DNA of 64,000 nt from an uncultured delta proteobacterium (GCA_963840855.1 CAWJBB010000031.1:1-64000), one strand, 5' to 3'; positions 20,990 to 31,764 are shown, counted from the first letter of the stretch. Numbers and translations are program-made. The notes: a model not told the origin generated them from the sequence alone.

Positions 20990-22406
20990 CTAGTCTTTGC
21001 GCCGTGTGTTTCTGACCGCGGAAAAAAACACGGCGAGCACCGAAAACAAGCTAATTAAAAAAACGGTGTGGTCGAAGGCGATGACGACGGTTTCGGCGAC
21101 AGCGCTCCAGCTCTGCGGCGATTCGATTTGTTTTTGGCTCAAACCCGCGGCGGACAAAACAGCGCTGAAAAGAGTCGCCGATAGGGCCACGCCCATGGCG
21201 CCGCCGGTTCGCGCCGCCGTGGCTACCATGCCCGAAGCGGAGCCGACCCGCTCCATCGGCACGGCACCGAGAATCGCGCTTTGGTTCGGCGAATTGAATA
21301 GCGCCCAACCGAGCCCTTGAAGGGCGAGTGGCAAGATGATCCGCAAAACGGGGGAATCGAGCCCAACCGTCGAGATGAACAATTGGGCTATGGCGATTAA
21401 CGCGCAGCCGATGGTACAAAGCAGGCGCGAACCGAAGCGGTCCGAAAGCCAGCCGGCTATGGGCGCCAGAGCCATAATGATCACCGAATCGGCGACGATG
21501 ATCCAACCGACTTGAGACGGCGAGAAGCCTCTCAAGTTTTGCAAATAAAAAGGCATTAGAAAATTGAGCGCCACCTGTGAAAAGGCGACGAGAAAGAGGC
21601 TCAAAAAGCCGGCGCTGAAAAGCCGGTTGCGAAAGAGCGACAAAATGAGAATCGGGGTTCGTGCTCTACGTTCGACCGAAATAAGCACGGCGAATGCAAC
21701 GGCAGCCAGCGCCAAGCTGGTAAGAATAGTCGGATGGCGCCAGCCCAGGTGCGGTATTTGATCGACGGCATAAATGAAAAGTCCGTTGGTCAACAGCAGA
21801 AGGAACGCCCCGGTGAAATCAATGGACCGGACGCGCTCTTCGTTTTTGGTCTCGGCGAGCAATCTCCAGGCGAGCCAGGCAGCCCAGATCCCTATCGGGA
21901 TGTTAAGCGAAAATATCCAGCGCCAGCCGATGGTGTCGATCATGAAACCGCCGAGCGTCGGTCCGGTGAGAAAACCGACATGAAAGGCGGTTGAGGTAAG
22001 CCCCAGTGCTTTGCCGCGCTCGGCGCGCGGCACCGTAATAGAAGCGATGGCCCGCCCGTTTGCCGATATCATCGAACCGCCAATCGCCTGCAACACTCGG
22101 AAACAAATCAGTTGAGCGGGCGATTGGGAAACAATGCAAAGAGCGGAGCCGGCTACGAACAAGACGAATCCCGCCGTGTAAATGCGGCGGCGGCCAAACA
22201 AATCGCCCAACCGCCCCATGGTGATGACAAGGCCGATGAGAATGAGGTCGTAACTCAGGATCGTCCAGCGAATCGTCGTGAAGCCGGTGTGAAAATACTC
22301 GGTCAAGTGTGGGTAGCGCGACCAAAAGCGCTCTTTGATCGAGACCGACAATGGCCTGGCCGATGCAGACATTGAGCAGGATCAAGTTGGTTTTGCGGCG
22401 GTCCAC
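20990..22406 (-). CDS. DHA2/EmrB-like MFS transporter, frameshift near 22310
   Basis: GRLGDLFGRRR, FRVLQAIGG, GPTLGG..GWRWIF; the N-terminus (DRRKTNLILLNVCIGQ...ALPT) lies in another frame. Confidence 0.82.
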
Positions 22407-22415
22407 AACGGTAAG

Positions 22416-22517
22416 GTTCAAAGTTCCAAGGTTCAACGTTCAAAGTTTTCACAAGAGTACGAAAATTTAAGCTTGAACCCGTTAGCCAAGCTCAGGGCGG
22501 GCTTTTGAACGTTGAAC
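22416..22517. repeat. 7-8-nt GTTCAA array plus inverted array
   Basis: gttcaaa gttccaag gttcaac gttcaaa ... ttgaac ... tttgaac gttgaac. Confidence 0.75.
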
Positions 22518-22751
22518 TCGGCCAGGCGTTATCCTAGCGTCTCAATCGCTGCTCTTCAACGGAAAGAACGTGAAGCTATAAATTCATTTGCGTCTGAACG
22601 GGTCGCCGTGTTGGTCGGTGCGATTCGGTTCAGGCATTGTGACAAAGAAAGAGGGCGGGTGCCGGTTTCGGCCGCTCCCTGGCAACTCAAGACCGGAGAA
22701 AACGGTCTAATAAACGAGGCCACTTCGCGGGCGGGGTTTACATAGAATAAA

Positions 22752-22913
22752 TCAACCAGGTGGGGATTTTTTAAATTGCTGATGAAGTTTTTCCTTGGCC
22801 CGCTTGCGGCTCTCGTCCTTCTTGCTCTTGAAGATCTTGGCGGGCGGTGGCAGCTCCTTTCGCACCTTCGCCAGTCCCGGCGGGATTCGCTTGCTTTTGG
22901 ATAGGGCGGTCAA
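22752..22913 (-). CDS. Small basic protein (53 aa) coupled to clpB, below the ORF-track cutoff
   Basis: TTG overlaps the clpB stop (TTGA); [53 protein letters not shown]; coding-like codon usage. Confidence 0.6.
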   Translation of the reverse strand: MTALSKSKRIPPGLAKVRKELPPPAKIFKSKKDESRKRAKEKLHQQFKKSPPG

Positions 22914-25537
22914 TGGAGCGTCCTCTCGATGCCGCTATCGTCGATGCGCGCCGATCCGCCGTGGCTGAATTCCAGAGCTTCAGCGCCGGCATCGATTCTG
23001 ACCTGATCGCCCTCTTTGAATTCTCCTTCGAGAATCTTCACCGCCAACGGGTCCTGAATCAATCGCTGAATCGTTCGCTTCAGCGGCCGCGCGCCGTACA
23101 CCGGATCGTAGCCTTTGTCGGCAATCAGCGCTTTCGCGCCATCAGTGACCTCCAGCGCCATTTTGCGCTCCGCCAGGTTGCGGCGCAACCACTTTAACTG
23201 GATTTCCACGATCGACTTGATCTGCTCGCGGCCCAAGCTGTTAAAGATGATCGTCTCATCGACCCGGTTGAGAAACTCCGGTTTGAATGATTCGCGCAGC
23301 ACCGCCGTCATCAACCGTTCCAATTCCGCGCGATTTCCGTCCGCCAGTTCCTGAATATGCTGGCTGCCGAGATTCGAAGTCATGATAATGACCGTATTCT
23401 TGAAGTCCACGGTTCTGCCGTGGCCGTCGGTCATGCGTCCGTCTTCGAGAATCTGCAACAGCGCGTTGAAGACATCCGGGTGCGCCTTTTCGATCTCATC
23501 GAAGAGCACCACCGAATAGGGGCGGCGGCGCACGGCTTCCGTGAGGTAGCCGCCCTCTTCATAGCCGACATACCCCGGCGGGGCGCCGATGAGACGCGAC
23601 ACGGAATGTTTCTCCATGAACTCCGACATATCCAGCCGCACCATCGCCTGCTCGTCGTCGAACAAGAACTCCGCCAGGGCGCGGCATAGTTCCGTCTTGC
23701 CGACGCCGGTGGGACCGAGGAAGATAAACGAACCGATGGGGCGGTTCTGGTCCTGTAAACCGGCGCGGGCGCGGCGCACCGCGTTGGCCACCGCGTGAAT
23801 AGCGCCGTCCTGCCCAACGACGCGGACTTTCAGGCGGTCTTCCATCTTGAGCAATTTCTGGATCTCGCCTTCGAGCATTTTCGACACCGGGATGCCGGTC
23901 CACTTCGCCACCACTTCGGCGATGTCATCCGCCTCCACCTCTTCTTTGAGCATCTTCTGGCTCTTTTGCAGCTCGACAAGACTCTGGTTCGCCTCTCCCA
24001 GCTCCTTTTGCAGCTGCGTGAGGGTGCCGTAGCGGAGCTCCGCAGCGCGGTTGAGATCGCCTTCCCGTTGCGCCTTTTGCTCCTCAACTTTCGTCGATTC
24101 GATTCGTTCTTTGAGCGAACGAATGCGCTGAATCGAGTCTTTCTCGTTCTGCCAATGCGCTTTTAGGCCGCTGGAAGTTTCTTTGAGATTGTGAACTTCC
24201 CGATCTAACTGCGCCAGGCGCTCCTTGGAGGCTTTATCTTCTTCCCGTTTGAGCGCTTGTTTTTCGATCTCCAGCTGGAGGATCTTTCGTTCCACCTCGT
24301 CGATCTCGACGGGCATGCTGTCGATTTCAATGCGCAATCGCGACGCCGCTTCGTCGATCAAATCGATGGCCTTGTCGGGTAAGAAGCGATCGCTGATGTA
24401 GCGATGCGACAGCGTCGCCGCGCCGATGATTGCGCCGTCGGTGATGCGCACGCCGTGGTGAACTTCGTAACGTTCTTTCAAGCCGCGCAGGATGGCAATG
24501 GTGTCTTCAACCGACGGCTCGCCCACGTAGACTTGCTGGAAGCGCCGTTCCAATGCCGGATCTTTCTCGACGCGTTTGCGGTATTCGTCGAGGGTCGTCG
24601 CGCCGACGCAGCGCAATTCGCCGCGCGCCAGCGCCGGCTTTAGCATGTTCGAGGCATCCATGGCGCCTTCCGCGGCGCCGGCGCCGACGAGCGTATGGAG
24701 TTCGTCGATGAAGAGAATGATGTGGCCGCTGGCCTCGGTAACTTCTTTTAGAACCGCTTTTAGACGTTCTTCAAATTCGCCGCGAAATTTCGCGCCGGCC
24801 ACCAACGCTCCGAGGTCGAGGGCGATGAGCCGCTTGTCTTTCAAGCCTTCGGGGACATCGCCGTTCACGATGCGCAGGGCGAGGCCTTCAACGATGGCGG
24901 TTTTGCCGACGCCGGGTTCGCCGATGAGCACCGGGTTATTCTTAGTACGTCGCGAGAGCACCTGAATCACGCGGCGAATTTCGTCGTCACGGCCGATCAC
25001 CGGATCAAGTTTTCCTTTGCGCGCGAGATCGGTCAGGTCGCGGCCATATTTTTCCAGCGCTTGATATTTTTCTTCCGGATTCGGATCAGTGATTCTCTGC
25101 GCGCCGCGGATGCTGACCAGCGCGTTGAGAATCTTGTCGCGGGTGGCGCCGAGTTCTTTCAGTGCTCTGCCGGCCTCCCCGCCGTCCTGCACCATCGCCA
25201 GCAGCAGGTGTTCGGTGGAGACGTATTCATCCTTGAGCGCTTGCGCTTCATTTTCCGCGCTCTCGATAACTTTCTTCAAGCGCGGCGCGATGAACGCTTG
25301 CCCCGCCGCTCCGGTGACTTGAGGAAAACGCTCCAGGGATTTTTGCAGCGTCTCGGCAAGCGACGTGACTGCGACGCCGAGCTTTTGCAGGAGCGATAGG
25401 ACAACGCCTTCTTTTTGCCCCAGCAGAGCGAAAAGCAGATGTTCGACGTCGATGGCTTGATGATTGCGCTTCTCCGCCAGCGACTGTGCGTGCTGCAACG
25501 CTTCTTGAGATTTTGTCGTCAGTTTTTCCAGACGCAT
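22910..25537 (-). CDS. clpB: Chaperone ClpB
   Basis: Two AAA+ domains ([16 protein letters not shown]), long M-domain coiled coil, YGARPLKR. Confidence 0.97.
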   Translation of the reverse strand: MRLEKLTTKSQEALQHAQSLAEKRNHQAIDVEHLLFALLGQKEGVVLSLLQKLGVAVTSLAETLQKSLERFPQVTGAAGQAFIAPRLKKVIESAENEAQALKDEYVSTEHLLLAMVQDGGEAGRALKELGATRDKILNALVSIRGAQRITDPNPEEKYQALEKYGRDLTDLARKGKLDPVIGRDDEIRRVIQVLSRRTKNNPVLIGEPGVGKTAIVEGLALRIVNGDVPEGLKDKRLIALDLGALVAGAKFRGEFEERLKAVLKEVTEASGHIILFIDELHTLVGAGAAEGAMDASNMLKPALARGELRCVGATTLDEYRKRVEKDPALERRFQQVYVGEPSVEDTIAILRGLKERYEVHHGVRITDGAIIGAATLSHRYISDRFLPDKAIDLIDEAASRLRIEIDSMPVEIDEVERKILQLEIEKQALKREEDKASKERLAQLDREVHNLKETSSGLKAHWQNEKDSIQRIRSLKERIESTKVEEQKAQREGDLNRAAELRYGTLTQLQKELGEANQSLVELQKSQKMLKEEVEADDIAEVVAKWTGIPVSKMLEGEIQKLLKMEDRLKVRVVGQDGAIHAVANAVRRARAGLQDQNRPIGSFIFLGPTGVGKTELCRALAEFLFDDEQAMVRLDMSEFMEKHSVSRLIGAPPGYVGYEEGGYLTEAVRRRPYSVVLFDEIEKAHPDVFNALLQILEDGRMTDGHGRTVDFKNTVIIMTSNLGSQHIQELADGNRAELERLMTAVLRESFKPEFLNRVDETIIFNSLGREQIKSIVEIQLKWLRRNLAERKMALEVTDGAKALIADKGYDPVYGARPLKRTIQRLIQDPLAVKILEGEFKEGDQVRIDAGAEALEFSHGGSARIDDSGIERTLH

Positions 25538-25596
25538 CCTTAACTCCTAACAGCTTGCGCACAGCTTTGTTTTTGAGCTGCGCGCGCATGCGTAAA

Positions 25597-25625
25597 AACT
25601 TAAGCACGGTTCTGGGGTCTGTCAA
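25597..25625 (-). promoter_or_regulatory. Putative sigma70 promoter of clpB
   Basis: Minus strand reads TTGACA-N17-TAAGTT, about 60 nt upstream of the ATG. Confidence 0.55.
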
Positions 25626-25770
25626 GAAAGGCGAGAAACAGAGTGAGACAGCGGCGTGAATTCAAACGATTTTCAATGGCAGAAGGAGTCTTTCTCTTCG
25701 TCCGATCACGAGCGACGAGCAACGACAGTACCGGCGCCCGAGGCGACGATGCGCAGTGAGAAATCCGGGG

Positions 25771-26487
25771 CTAGGTGCTTAACACCAGTCCTTGTCCTTT
25801 GATAATGTCGAACTCGATTTGCGCGGGCTTGACGTCGGTGCAGCGCATCTTTTCAATGATCAGGCTGCGCGCGAAGTGGTCTTGCGCCCAAACCATCTCG
25901 AGAACGATGGCGCCGGCGACCAGATATTCTTCGATGCCGTGCATGAAGCGTTCACCGGTGCGGGGTACGGCGTAGGAGGTGAGTATGTTTGTAGTTTCCG
26001 TCGATGAGCGCAGGAGCTTGATAAGCAGCCGAGCTTGATCTTGGATGCGCGTGGCGCTATCGCGGATGAGTAAAAACGGGCCCGCCGGGTCGAGAACCAT
26101 GCGCTTGGCGCCCAGGCGATTCACGAAACCGGCCAAATCATTGACTGTTTTGTGAATATCGATGTTGCGCTCCCTGCCGACGCCGGGAATAGGGCTCAGA
26201 TAGGTGCCGGCGTTGAGAATCGCCAGCTGTTTTTGTTCGACGAACTTTTCGAAGTCCCAGCCTATGGATGCCGCTTGTTCAATGATATCGAGGGGCCCTT
26301 CGTCGTCGGCGACGTAGATGCCTTTCTCGCCGTGCGCCAGCCCGTCGGCGAGAAACTGAAGCGCCATGACAGTCTTGCCCGTGCCAGGCTCACCGGTGAT
26401 GAGCACGGATCGGCCTTTCGGGAAGCCGCCTTCGAGTAACTGGTCAAGCCCGGCTACTCCTGTCGACACGCGTTCAGTGTTTATCAT
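25771..26487 (-). CDS. Single-domain KaiC/RAD55-family ATPase
   Basis: STGVAGLDQLLEGGFP, Walker A GEPGTGKT, IEKMRCT. Confidence 0.9.
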   Translation of the reverse strand: MINTERVSTGVAGLDQLLEGGFPKGRSVLITGEPGTGKTVMALQFLADGLAHGEKGIYVADDEGPLDIIEQAASIGWDFEKFVEQKQLAILNAGTYLSPIPGVGRERNIDIHKTVNDLAGFVNRLGAKRMVLDPAGPFLLIRDSATRIQDQARLLIKLLRSSTETTNILTSYAVPRTGERFMHGIEEYLVAGAIVLEMVWAQDHFARSLIIEKMRCTDVKPAQIEFDIIKGQGLVLST

Positions 26488-26586
26488 GCTAGTCCTTACT
26501 CCAACTAATTTTCGCTTCCGGGTAATTTAACTCTCGTCGATCATTGCTTTCAGGCTTACTGGCGGTGCGCGCGGTGGGCCGCCGGG

Positions 26587-29500
26587 TTACGCCTTCCAGC
26601 GCCGTTTGAATAAGCCCATGTTCCATCGCCTGCTGGAGCCCAAAGCAGAGTCCTTTTCAGATTCGGGATTCCACGAGCGCACGCGTCCCTCGAGGTGCGT
26701 AAACCGGCTGGTTCTTTCCGCGCCGCTCATATCATGGCCGATGACGCCGTTGACCATGCTTGTCTCCGGCTCAGCTTCACTCGGTTGCAAGGGATCAGTC
26801 CTGAGCATTGAACTGCGGGGCGTACCGTTGACGAAGCCCTGGGGCATTTCGACGGCGTCTTCTTCCCTCAGTTCCACCGAGAAGGGGGCATCGATGACTT
26901 CTTGTCCGCGGCTGGTTTTGAGCCGCGCGAGATAATCCTGCAACGAGTCCATCTCGGCTTTAACCTTGATGAGCTCTTCATTGCGGTTTTCAAGCAAGCT
27001 ATGTTTTTCCGCGAGCTGGCCTCGCAGCTCCTGGATCTGCCGCTGAAAACCCTCTTCCAAACGGGTAATGGCGGCGCGGTGGTCTTCCACGGATTGATCA
27101 AGGGCCGGCGTTTGGTCTTTCGCCGTGAGTTCCATCCGCAGCTTTGTCACGCGCGATTCAAAACTGTCCCTGAGCTGTTGCAGTTCGTGGTCGGCATTCT
27201 CTTGGAGCGTGTGGCGGGCCGTTTCCAGCTGGGCCAGGCGCTCGAGCAACTCATCGATCCTGTCTTGTGCGGCTTTAAGCTGCTCGCTTTGGAGATCCCC
27301 GCCGCTTTGCGCCGTTCCCAAGTGCGATTCACTGGCCGGACTTTGTATCTGCTGCTCCATACGCTGGAGCGCCGCCTCGAGTTCCGCCAGCGCTTGCTCC
27401 CTGGAATGGAGTTGTTGTTCCAGAGCGGCAATCCGGTTGGCATCGGATTGCGAGGGCAAGACCGGTGCTTCTTGCAACTGGCGGGTCGTGGACTCGAGCT
27501 GGGCGATGCGTTCGCGCAGCGTGTTCGCCTCGGTCTCCGCCTGCCGCAGCTCGACGGTCTGCTTATCCAGCAGCGTTTGCTGAGTGGCTGATTGCTCCTT
27601 CAGCACGTCGATTTCGGCGCGCAGTGTTTGTTCGATTGCGCTTAGCGCGGCTTGCCGTTCGTCAAGTAGTGCTTGTTGCTCGGCACTTGCCGATTGCTGG
27701 CCGGTGATCTCGGCTTGCAGCGTCCGCCGCACCCGGTCGGTCTCGCTCGCCGCGTCCGCCAAGGCTTGCCTGTAGGTTGCTTCGAGCCGCGCCGCTTGGC
27801 CGGATAGGCTCTCGACCCCGGCTTGCAGCACGCCTATTTCCCGAACCCGCGACTCGAGCACGCTCTCTTTCTCATTCAAACGGCTCTCAAGATCTTCGAT
27901 TTGCGCCTTGAACGCCGGATCCGGCCGGTTGGCGGCCGCCTGGTGCTCGCGCAGCGCCTGTTCCATTCGCTCCAACTCCGCTCGGAGTTCCGCGCAGCGC
28001 GCTGCAGACTCCTGTTCGGCGCGACGCGCTCCTATTTGTAGCTCGTCAAGCGCGTCTCGCGCGCTGCCGAGGGCTGCGCTCAATTCCGTCACTCGGGCTT
28101 CAGTCCGGCGTAGGGTTTCGCTTTGGCTGTCGAGACTGTCCTGCTTTTCGTTGAGCTGGCCCGTAAGCGCGTCAACTTGGGCAGTCAACTGTTGGGCGCG
28201 TTCTTGGATCACGCTCCGCTCTTCCAACCCGTGGCGTTGGCGCTCCAGCGCGGCCGCAAGCTCGCCGGTTGCCCGTTCCGTTTCGCCACGGTAGCTGTCA
28301 ACCTGGAGTTGCTTCTCCGTTAACTGGGATTGCCACTCTTGCCGCTGGGCTAGGAAGTTCTGTTCTTGTTCAGAGAGCCGGGCTTGCCATTCCGCCAGCG
28401 TTCGTTCCTTCTCACCAATCGCGTCGCGCGCCGCCAACAATTCCGCCTGGGCCTGACGTAGATGGTCCTCCTGGCTCTCGACGACGGATTCCTTGGCCGC
28501 GAGCTTGCCCTGCAGCTCACGGTTGCGGTTGCGCAATTCTTGTTCGATGTGTTGCAGGTCGCCCTGCCCTTGCTCCAGCAACCGCTCCTTTTCCCCGAGC
28601 TCGGCGCGAAGCGCCGCGAGCTCGGCGGCAAAAGTTTCACGCGCTTGGGTTAGCTCTTTGGCGGCGGCAATCTGTTGTCGCTGCGCCAAGCCCTCCATTT
28701 CGGCGATACGGCCTGAAAGGGCGGACATGTCTGCATTGCGGCGCGCGATCTCCGCCGCCTGATTCTCGAGCAGCGCCTGTTTACTCGCTTCCTCCGCCGA
28801 GGTCGCTTGCACAGTCTCGTTGAGTTCTCGTTCCAGATCCGCAATGGTGGTTTGGTTCCGAGTCAATAGCGCCGTCTTGTGGACGATTTCAGATTGTAGA
28901 GCCGCGATCTTGGCTTGCGCGTCTTGCCGAAAGGCTTCGAGAACCCGCGCCGCCTGAGTTTGAATTTGCCCTTCGCCCGACTCCAGCTCAGTGACGCGCT
29001 GGCGCAGTTCATGGCGCTCGCTTTCAGCGCGCTGAATCTCCGTTCTCTGCTCCTCTGCCGACTCACGGCTCTTGGCCAGTTCCTCCGCCAGGCTACGAAT
29101 TCTATCTTGCGCGCTTTGCGCCGTTCGGGTCGCGGCCGCATCGCGCTGCTGTAAGGCTTGTTCCTTCTGCGTAAGTTCGGACTGAAGCTGAGCAACATGG
29201 GATTTGAGGTCTTGCCGTGCTTGATCGACACGCAGAGCCGCGGCGGTTTCCAGCTCTCGCTTCGCTGCTTCCAGGCGAGATAGCCGTTCCTGAAGCGTAG
29301 CGATTTCTGCGCCGCGTTGTTCGGATTCCTCCCGGCAATGCTGTATGAGGTCTTGTTGTTCCGCTATCCGCTGCAGAAGTTCTTGGTTTTGCGTATTGAG
29401 TTGGTTCTGTTCGTCATGGAAATCCGATAGATGCTTGGAAAAGGCATTTTCTTTATCTTCGAGCCTTTCCTTGAGATTGCTGACTTTGACGCGAAACTGT

Positions 29501-29646
29501 TCCTGGATCTTTTCTACTTCGCCAAAGGCGGCGGTATGGGCGCGCTTGAGATAAAGCTCCATCAGGCGCGTCTGCGCCGAGAGTATCTCGATCTCGTCGA
29601 GCAATAGCACGAGAGGTTCGCTTTTTGGCTTATCCACGGGTGGCAT
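26587..29646 (-). CDS. 1019-aa coiled-coil protein of unknown function
   Basis: About 900 aa of E/Q/L/A/R heptad-rich sequence with no Walker motif and no TM; disordered C-terminus ending RRWNMGLFKRRWKA. Confidence 0.8.
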   Translation of the reverse strand: MPPVDKPKSEPLVLLLDEIEILSAQTRLMELYLKRAHTAAFGEVEKIQEQFRVKVSNLKERLEDKENAFSKHLSDFHDEQNQLNTQNQELLQRIAEQQDLIQHCREESEQRGAEIATLQERLSRLEAAKRELETAAALRVDQARQDLKSHVAQLQSELTQKEQALQQRDAAATRTAQSAQDRIRSLAEELAKSRESAEEQRTEIQRAESERHELRQRVTELESGEGQIQTQAARVLEAFRQDAQAKIAALQSEIVHKTALLTRNQTTIADLERELNETVQATSAEEASKQALLENQAAEIARRNADMSALSGRIAEMEGLAQRQQIAAAKELTQARETFAAELAALRAELGEKERLLEQGQGDLQHIEQELRNRNRELQGKLAAKESVVESQEDHLRQAQAELLAARDAIGEKERTLAEWQARLSEQEQNFLAQRQEWQSQLTEKQLQVDSYRGETERATGELAAALERQRHGLEERSVIQERAQQLTAQVDALTGQLNEKQDSLDSQSETLRRTEARVTELSAALGSARDALDELQIGARRAEQESAARCAELRAELERMEQALREHQAAANRPDPAFKAQIEDLESRLNEKESVLESRVREIGVLQAGVESLSGQAARLEATYRQALADAASETDRVRRTLQAEITGQQSASAEQQALLDERQAALSAIEQTLRAEIDVLKEQSATQQTLLDKQTVELRQAETEANTLRERIAQLESTTRQLQEAPVLPSQSDANRIAALEQQLHSREQALAELEAALQRMEQQIQSPASESHLGTAQSGGDLQSEQLKAAQDRIDELLERLAQLETARHTLQENADHELQQLRDSFESRVTKLRMELTAKDQTPALDQSVEDHRAAITRLEEGFQRQIQELRGQLAEKHSLLENRNEELIKVKAEMDSLQDYLARLKTSRGQEVIDAPFSVELREEDAVEMPQGFVNGTPRSSMLRTDPLQPSEAEPETSMVNGVIGHDMSGAERTSRFTHLEGRVRSWNPESEKDSALGSSRRWNMGLFKRRWKA

Positions 29647-29692
29647 TTATAATCCTTGTAGATAGACAAATCCGGATCGCACAAGCGGCAAC

Positions 29693-29836
29693 AATGAAGC
29701 TCCTCGGAGCAAAGCTCCGAGGTATCCTTGCGAAATTCACCGAAGCCCCTCTACCCTCCTTCGCCAAGGCTACGGAGGGTTCTCCTCGCCTTCATCCTCG
29801 CAGCAAGCTGCGAGGTATTCGGCGAAGGAGAATAAA
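29693..29836. mobile_element. Non-autonomous palindromic element (IS200/IS605-end-like or REP-like)
   Basis: Related hairpins CCTCGGAGC-aaa-GCTCCGAGG (29702-29722) and CCTCGCAGC-aa-GCTGCGAGG (29796-29815), each followed by TAT, with a central CCCTCC...GGAGGG stem. Confidence 0.55.
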
Positions 29837-30075
29837 ATCTAACACAATCCCGGCGAATGATTCTAGCGAAAAGCATGCCAGGTTTGAAAAGGAAAACAGT
29901 GATAAATCAAGAAGTTGCTTTTTTCATTTAGGGGCAGTTGAGGAGCTTTCGGCGAAATTAGCAAGATTTTGGACGAAAGCGTCAAGATTTGGACGATAGC
30001 GTGACTCAAGCGGCATTGGCGGTCCTTTGCCAGGCTAGTTTGAATTAGCTTCTCGCCGCGGCTACAATCCGCGCG

Positions 30076-31126
30076 ATGGCAGCTTACTTTCGACCCAATA
30101 TCGCCGCTATGCACGGCTATATTCCCGGGGAACAACCGCGGGACGACGGCTATATCAAGCTCAACACCAATGAAAATCCTTACCCTCCGTCGCCGCGGGT
30201 TTTGGCGGCCCTCAGAAAAGCGATCAATCCCTCCCTCCGCCTTTACCCGGAGCCGCTGAGCGATGGCTTGCGCGCCGTCGCCGCTTCAGTTTACGGCGTC
30301 AAACCGGAAAATATTATCGCGGGGAACGGTTCGGATGAACTGCTCTCCATGTTAATGCGCTCATTTATCGGGCCGGGGGACCGCGTCGCATTTCCGTCGC
30401 CGACCTACTCCCTCTACGAAACCTTGATCGAGATTCAGGGCGGGGAAAAAGCGGAGGTGGAATATCCAGCGAAGTTTTCGGTGCCCGAGACCCTCGCCGC
30501 GCAAAATGCCCCTCTGACGTTTCTATGCAATCCCAATTCTCCCACTGGAACGCTGGTTTCTTTGCCGGAAATAGACCGGCTCGCGCGCGGCCGTTTCGGG
30601 CATCCTGGTGGTGGACGAAGCCTATGTCGATTTCGCCGACGGCGAGGGAGCTTCCGCGCTGCCGCTTATTCGCCAGTTGCCCAATCTGGTGGTGTTGCGC
30701 ACTTTCTCAAAATCTTTCTCGCTGGCGGGGATGCGTATCGGGCTTGCCTTTGCGGGGGAGGAAATAATCGCCGGGATGATGAAGGTCAAAGACTCCTATA
30801 ATCTCAATCGGCTGAGCCTAGTGGCGGCCACGGCGGCGCTGCAAGATCTGAAGTGGATGGCGCGCAACGTGCGGCGCATCCAGAAGAGCCGGCGCAAACT
30901 GATCGCCGGGGCGAAAAAAAAGGGCTTTCAGGTTCTGCCGTCGCAAGCCAACTTTGTTCTGGTCAGGAAGCCCGGCGAGAATCTAAGGGGCGTGTATGAA
31001 GCGTTGAAGCGTAACAAAATTTTGGTGCGTTACTTCGACGTGCCGGGACTGCACGAGTGTCTGCGCATCACGGTGGGGACTGCGCGGGAAGTTGCCGCAT
31101 TGCTTAGCGCGCTGGCGACGCCCTAA
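30076..31126 (+). CDS. hisC: Histidinol-phosphate aminotransferase, +1 frameshift near 30590
   Basis: IKLNTNENPY, GNGSDE, CNPNSPTG, then VDEAY and RTFSKSFSLAGMRIG in the second frame. Confidence 0.88.
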
Positions 31127-31213
31127 GTCACTGATTTTAGAGCTTCCGGGTTTGCTGTGGAGGAGTGAGTCACCAAAAGTTTCTTGATTTTCGCTTTGCG
31201 AAAGGAGGTCCAT

Positions 31214-31642
31214 ATGGACCGGATCAGAGTCACGGAACTAGACCATATCGTGCTCAACGTCGGAGACATCAACCGGTCTCTGAAGTTTTACACCGAGGAT
31301 TTGGGATTACAGCCCGAGCGTCTCGAAGAATTTAGATCAGGCAAAGTAAGGTTTCCGTCGGTGCGCATCAATGACGATACGATCATCGACCTCTTTCCGA
31401 TCAAGGACGCAGGGACCGAAGCGCGGCAGCCAAGCGAAAAAAATAACCGCAACCTCAATCACTTCTGCATGGTCGTGGGCCAGGAGGACTTCTCCGGCAT
31501 CGTCAACTATTTGACGCAACGGCAAATCTCGATCCGCGAGGGACCGGTCTCCCGCTGGGGCGCGCGCGGGCGGGCGACGTCGGTTTATTTCCTTGACCCC
31601 GATGGCAACGAGATCGAGATCCGCTGCTATCCGGCGGAATAG
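31214..31642 (+). CDS. VOC/glyoxalase family protein
   Basis: LDHIVLNV, SLKFY, HFC, SVYFLDPDGNEIEI; RBS AAGGAGG. Confidence 0.9.
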   Translation: MDRIRVTELDHIVLNVGDINRSLKFYTEDLGLQPERLEEFRSGKVRFPSVRINDDTIIDLFPIKDAGTEARQPSEKNNRNLNHFCMVVGQEDFSGIVNYLTQRQISIREGPVSRWGARGRATSVYFLDPDGNEIEIRCYPAE

Positions 31643-31646
31643 ATAA

Positions 31647-31738
31647 GTTCAAGGTTCAATGTTCAAAGTTCAAGGTTTTAGCTCCAAGATCGCCGGCAGC
31701 GCCATCTCCTATCCGAAACTTGACCTTGAACTTTGAAC
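31647..31738. repeat. 7-nt GTTCAAN array plus inverted array
   Basis: gttcaag gttcaat gttcaaa gttcaag ... cttgac cttgaac tttgaac. Confidence 0.78.
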
Positions 31739-31764
31739 GTAATTTTGAGAGTAGGCTCCGCCGC

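Noticed and set aside
22660-22742. c-di-GMP-I riboswitch on the - strand (TAAACC...GAGTTGCC resemblance)
   Set aside because: The core GGGACGCAAAG junction and tetraloop receptor are absent.
25771-26487. Circadian clock KaiC
   Set aside because: Single domain, no ST phosphorylation sites, and no kaiA/kaiB nearby.
26587-29646. SMC/SbcC ATPase
   Set aside because: No Walker A/B, signature motif or hinge is visible.
100-30610. Five single-base frameshifts (M24 ~120, RND ~10978, MFP ~11845, MFS ~22310, hisC ~30590) as programmed frameshifting or pseudogenisation
   Set aside because: They fall in unrelated genes with no shared slippery motif and no other decay, and one is the housekeeping gene hisC. 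Indel errors in the assembly are the simplest explanation; read mapping would settle it.
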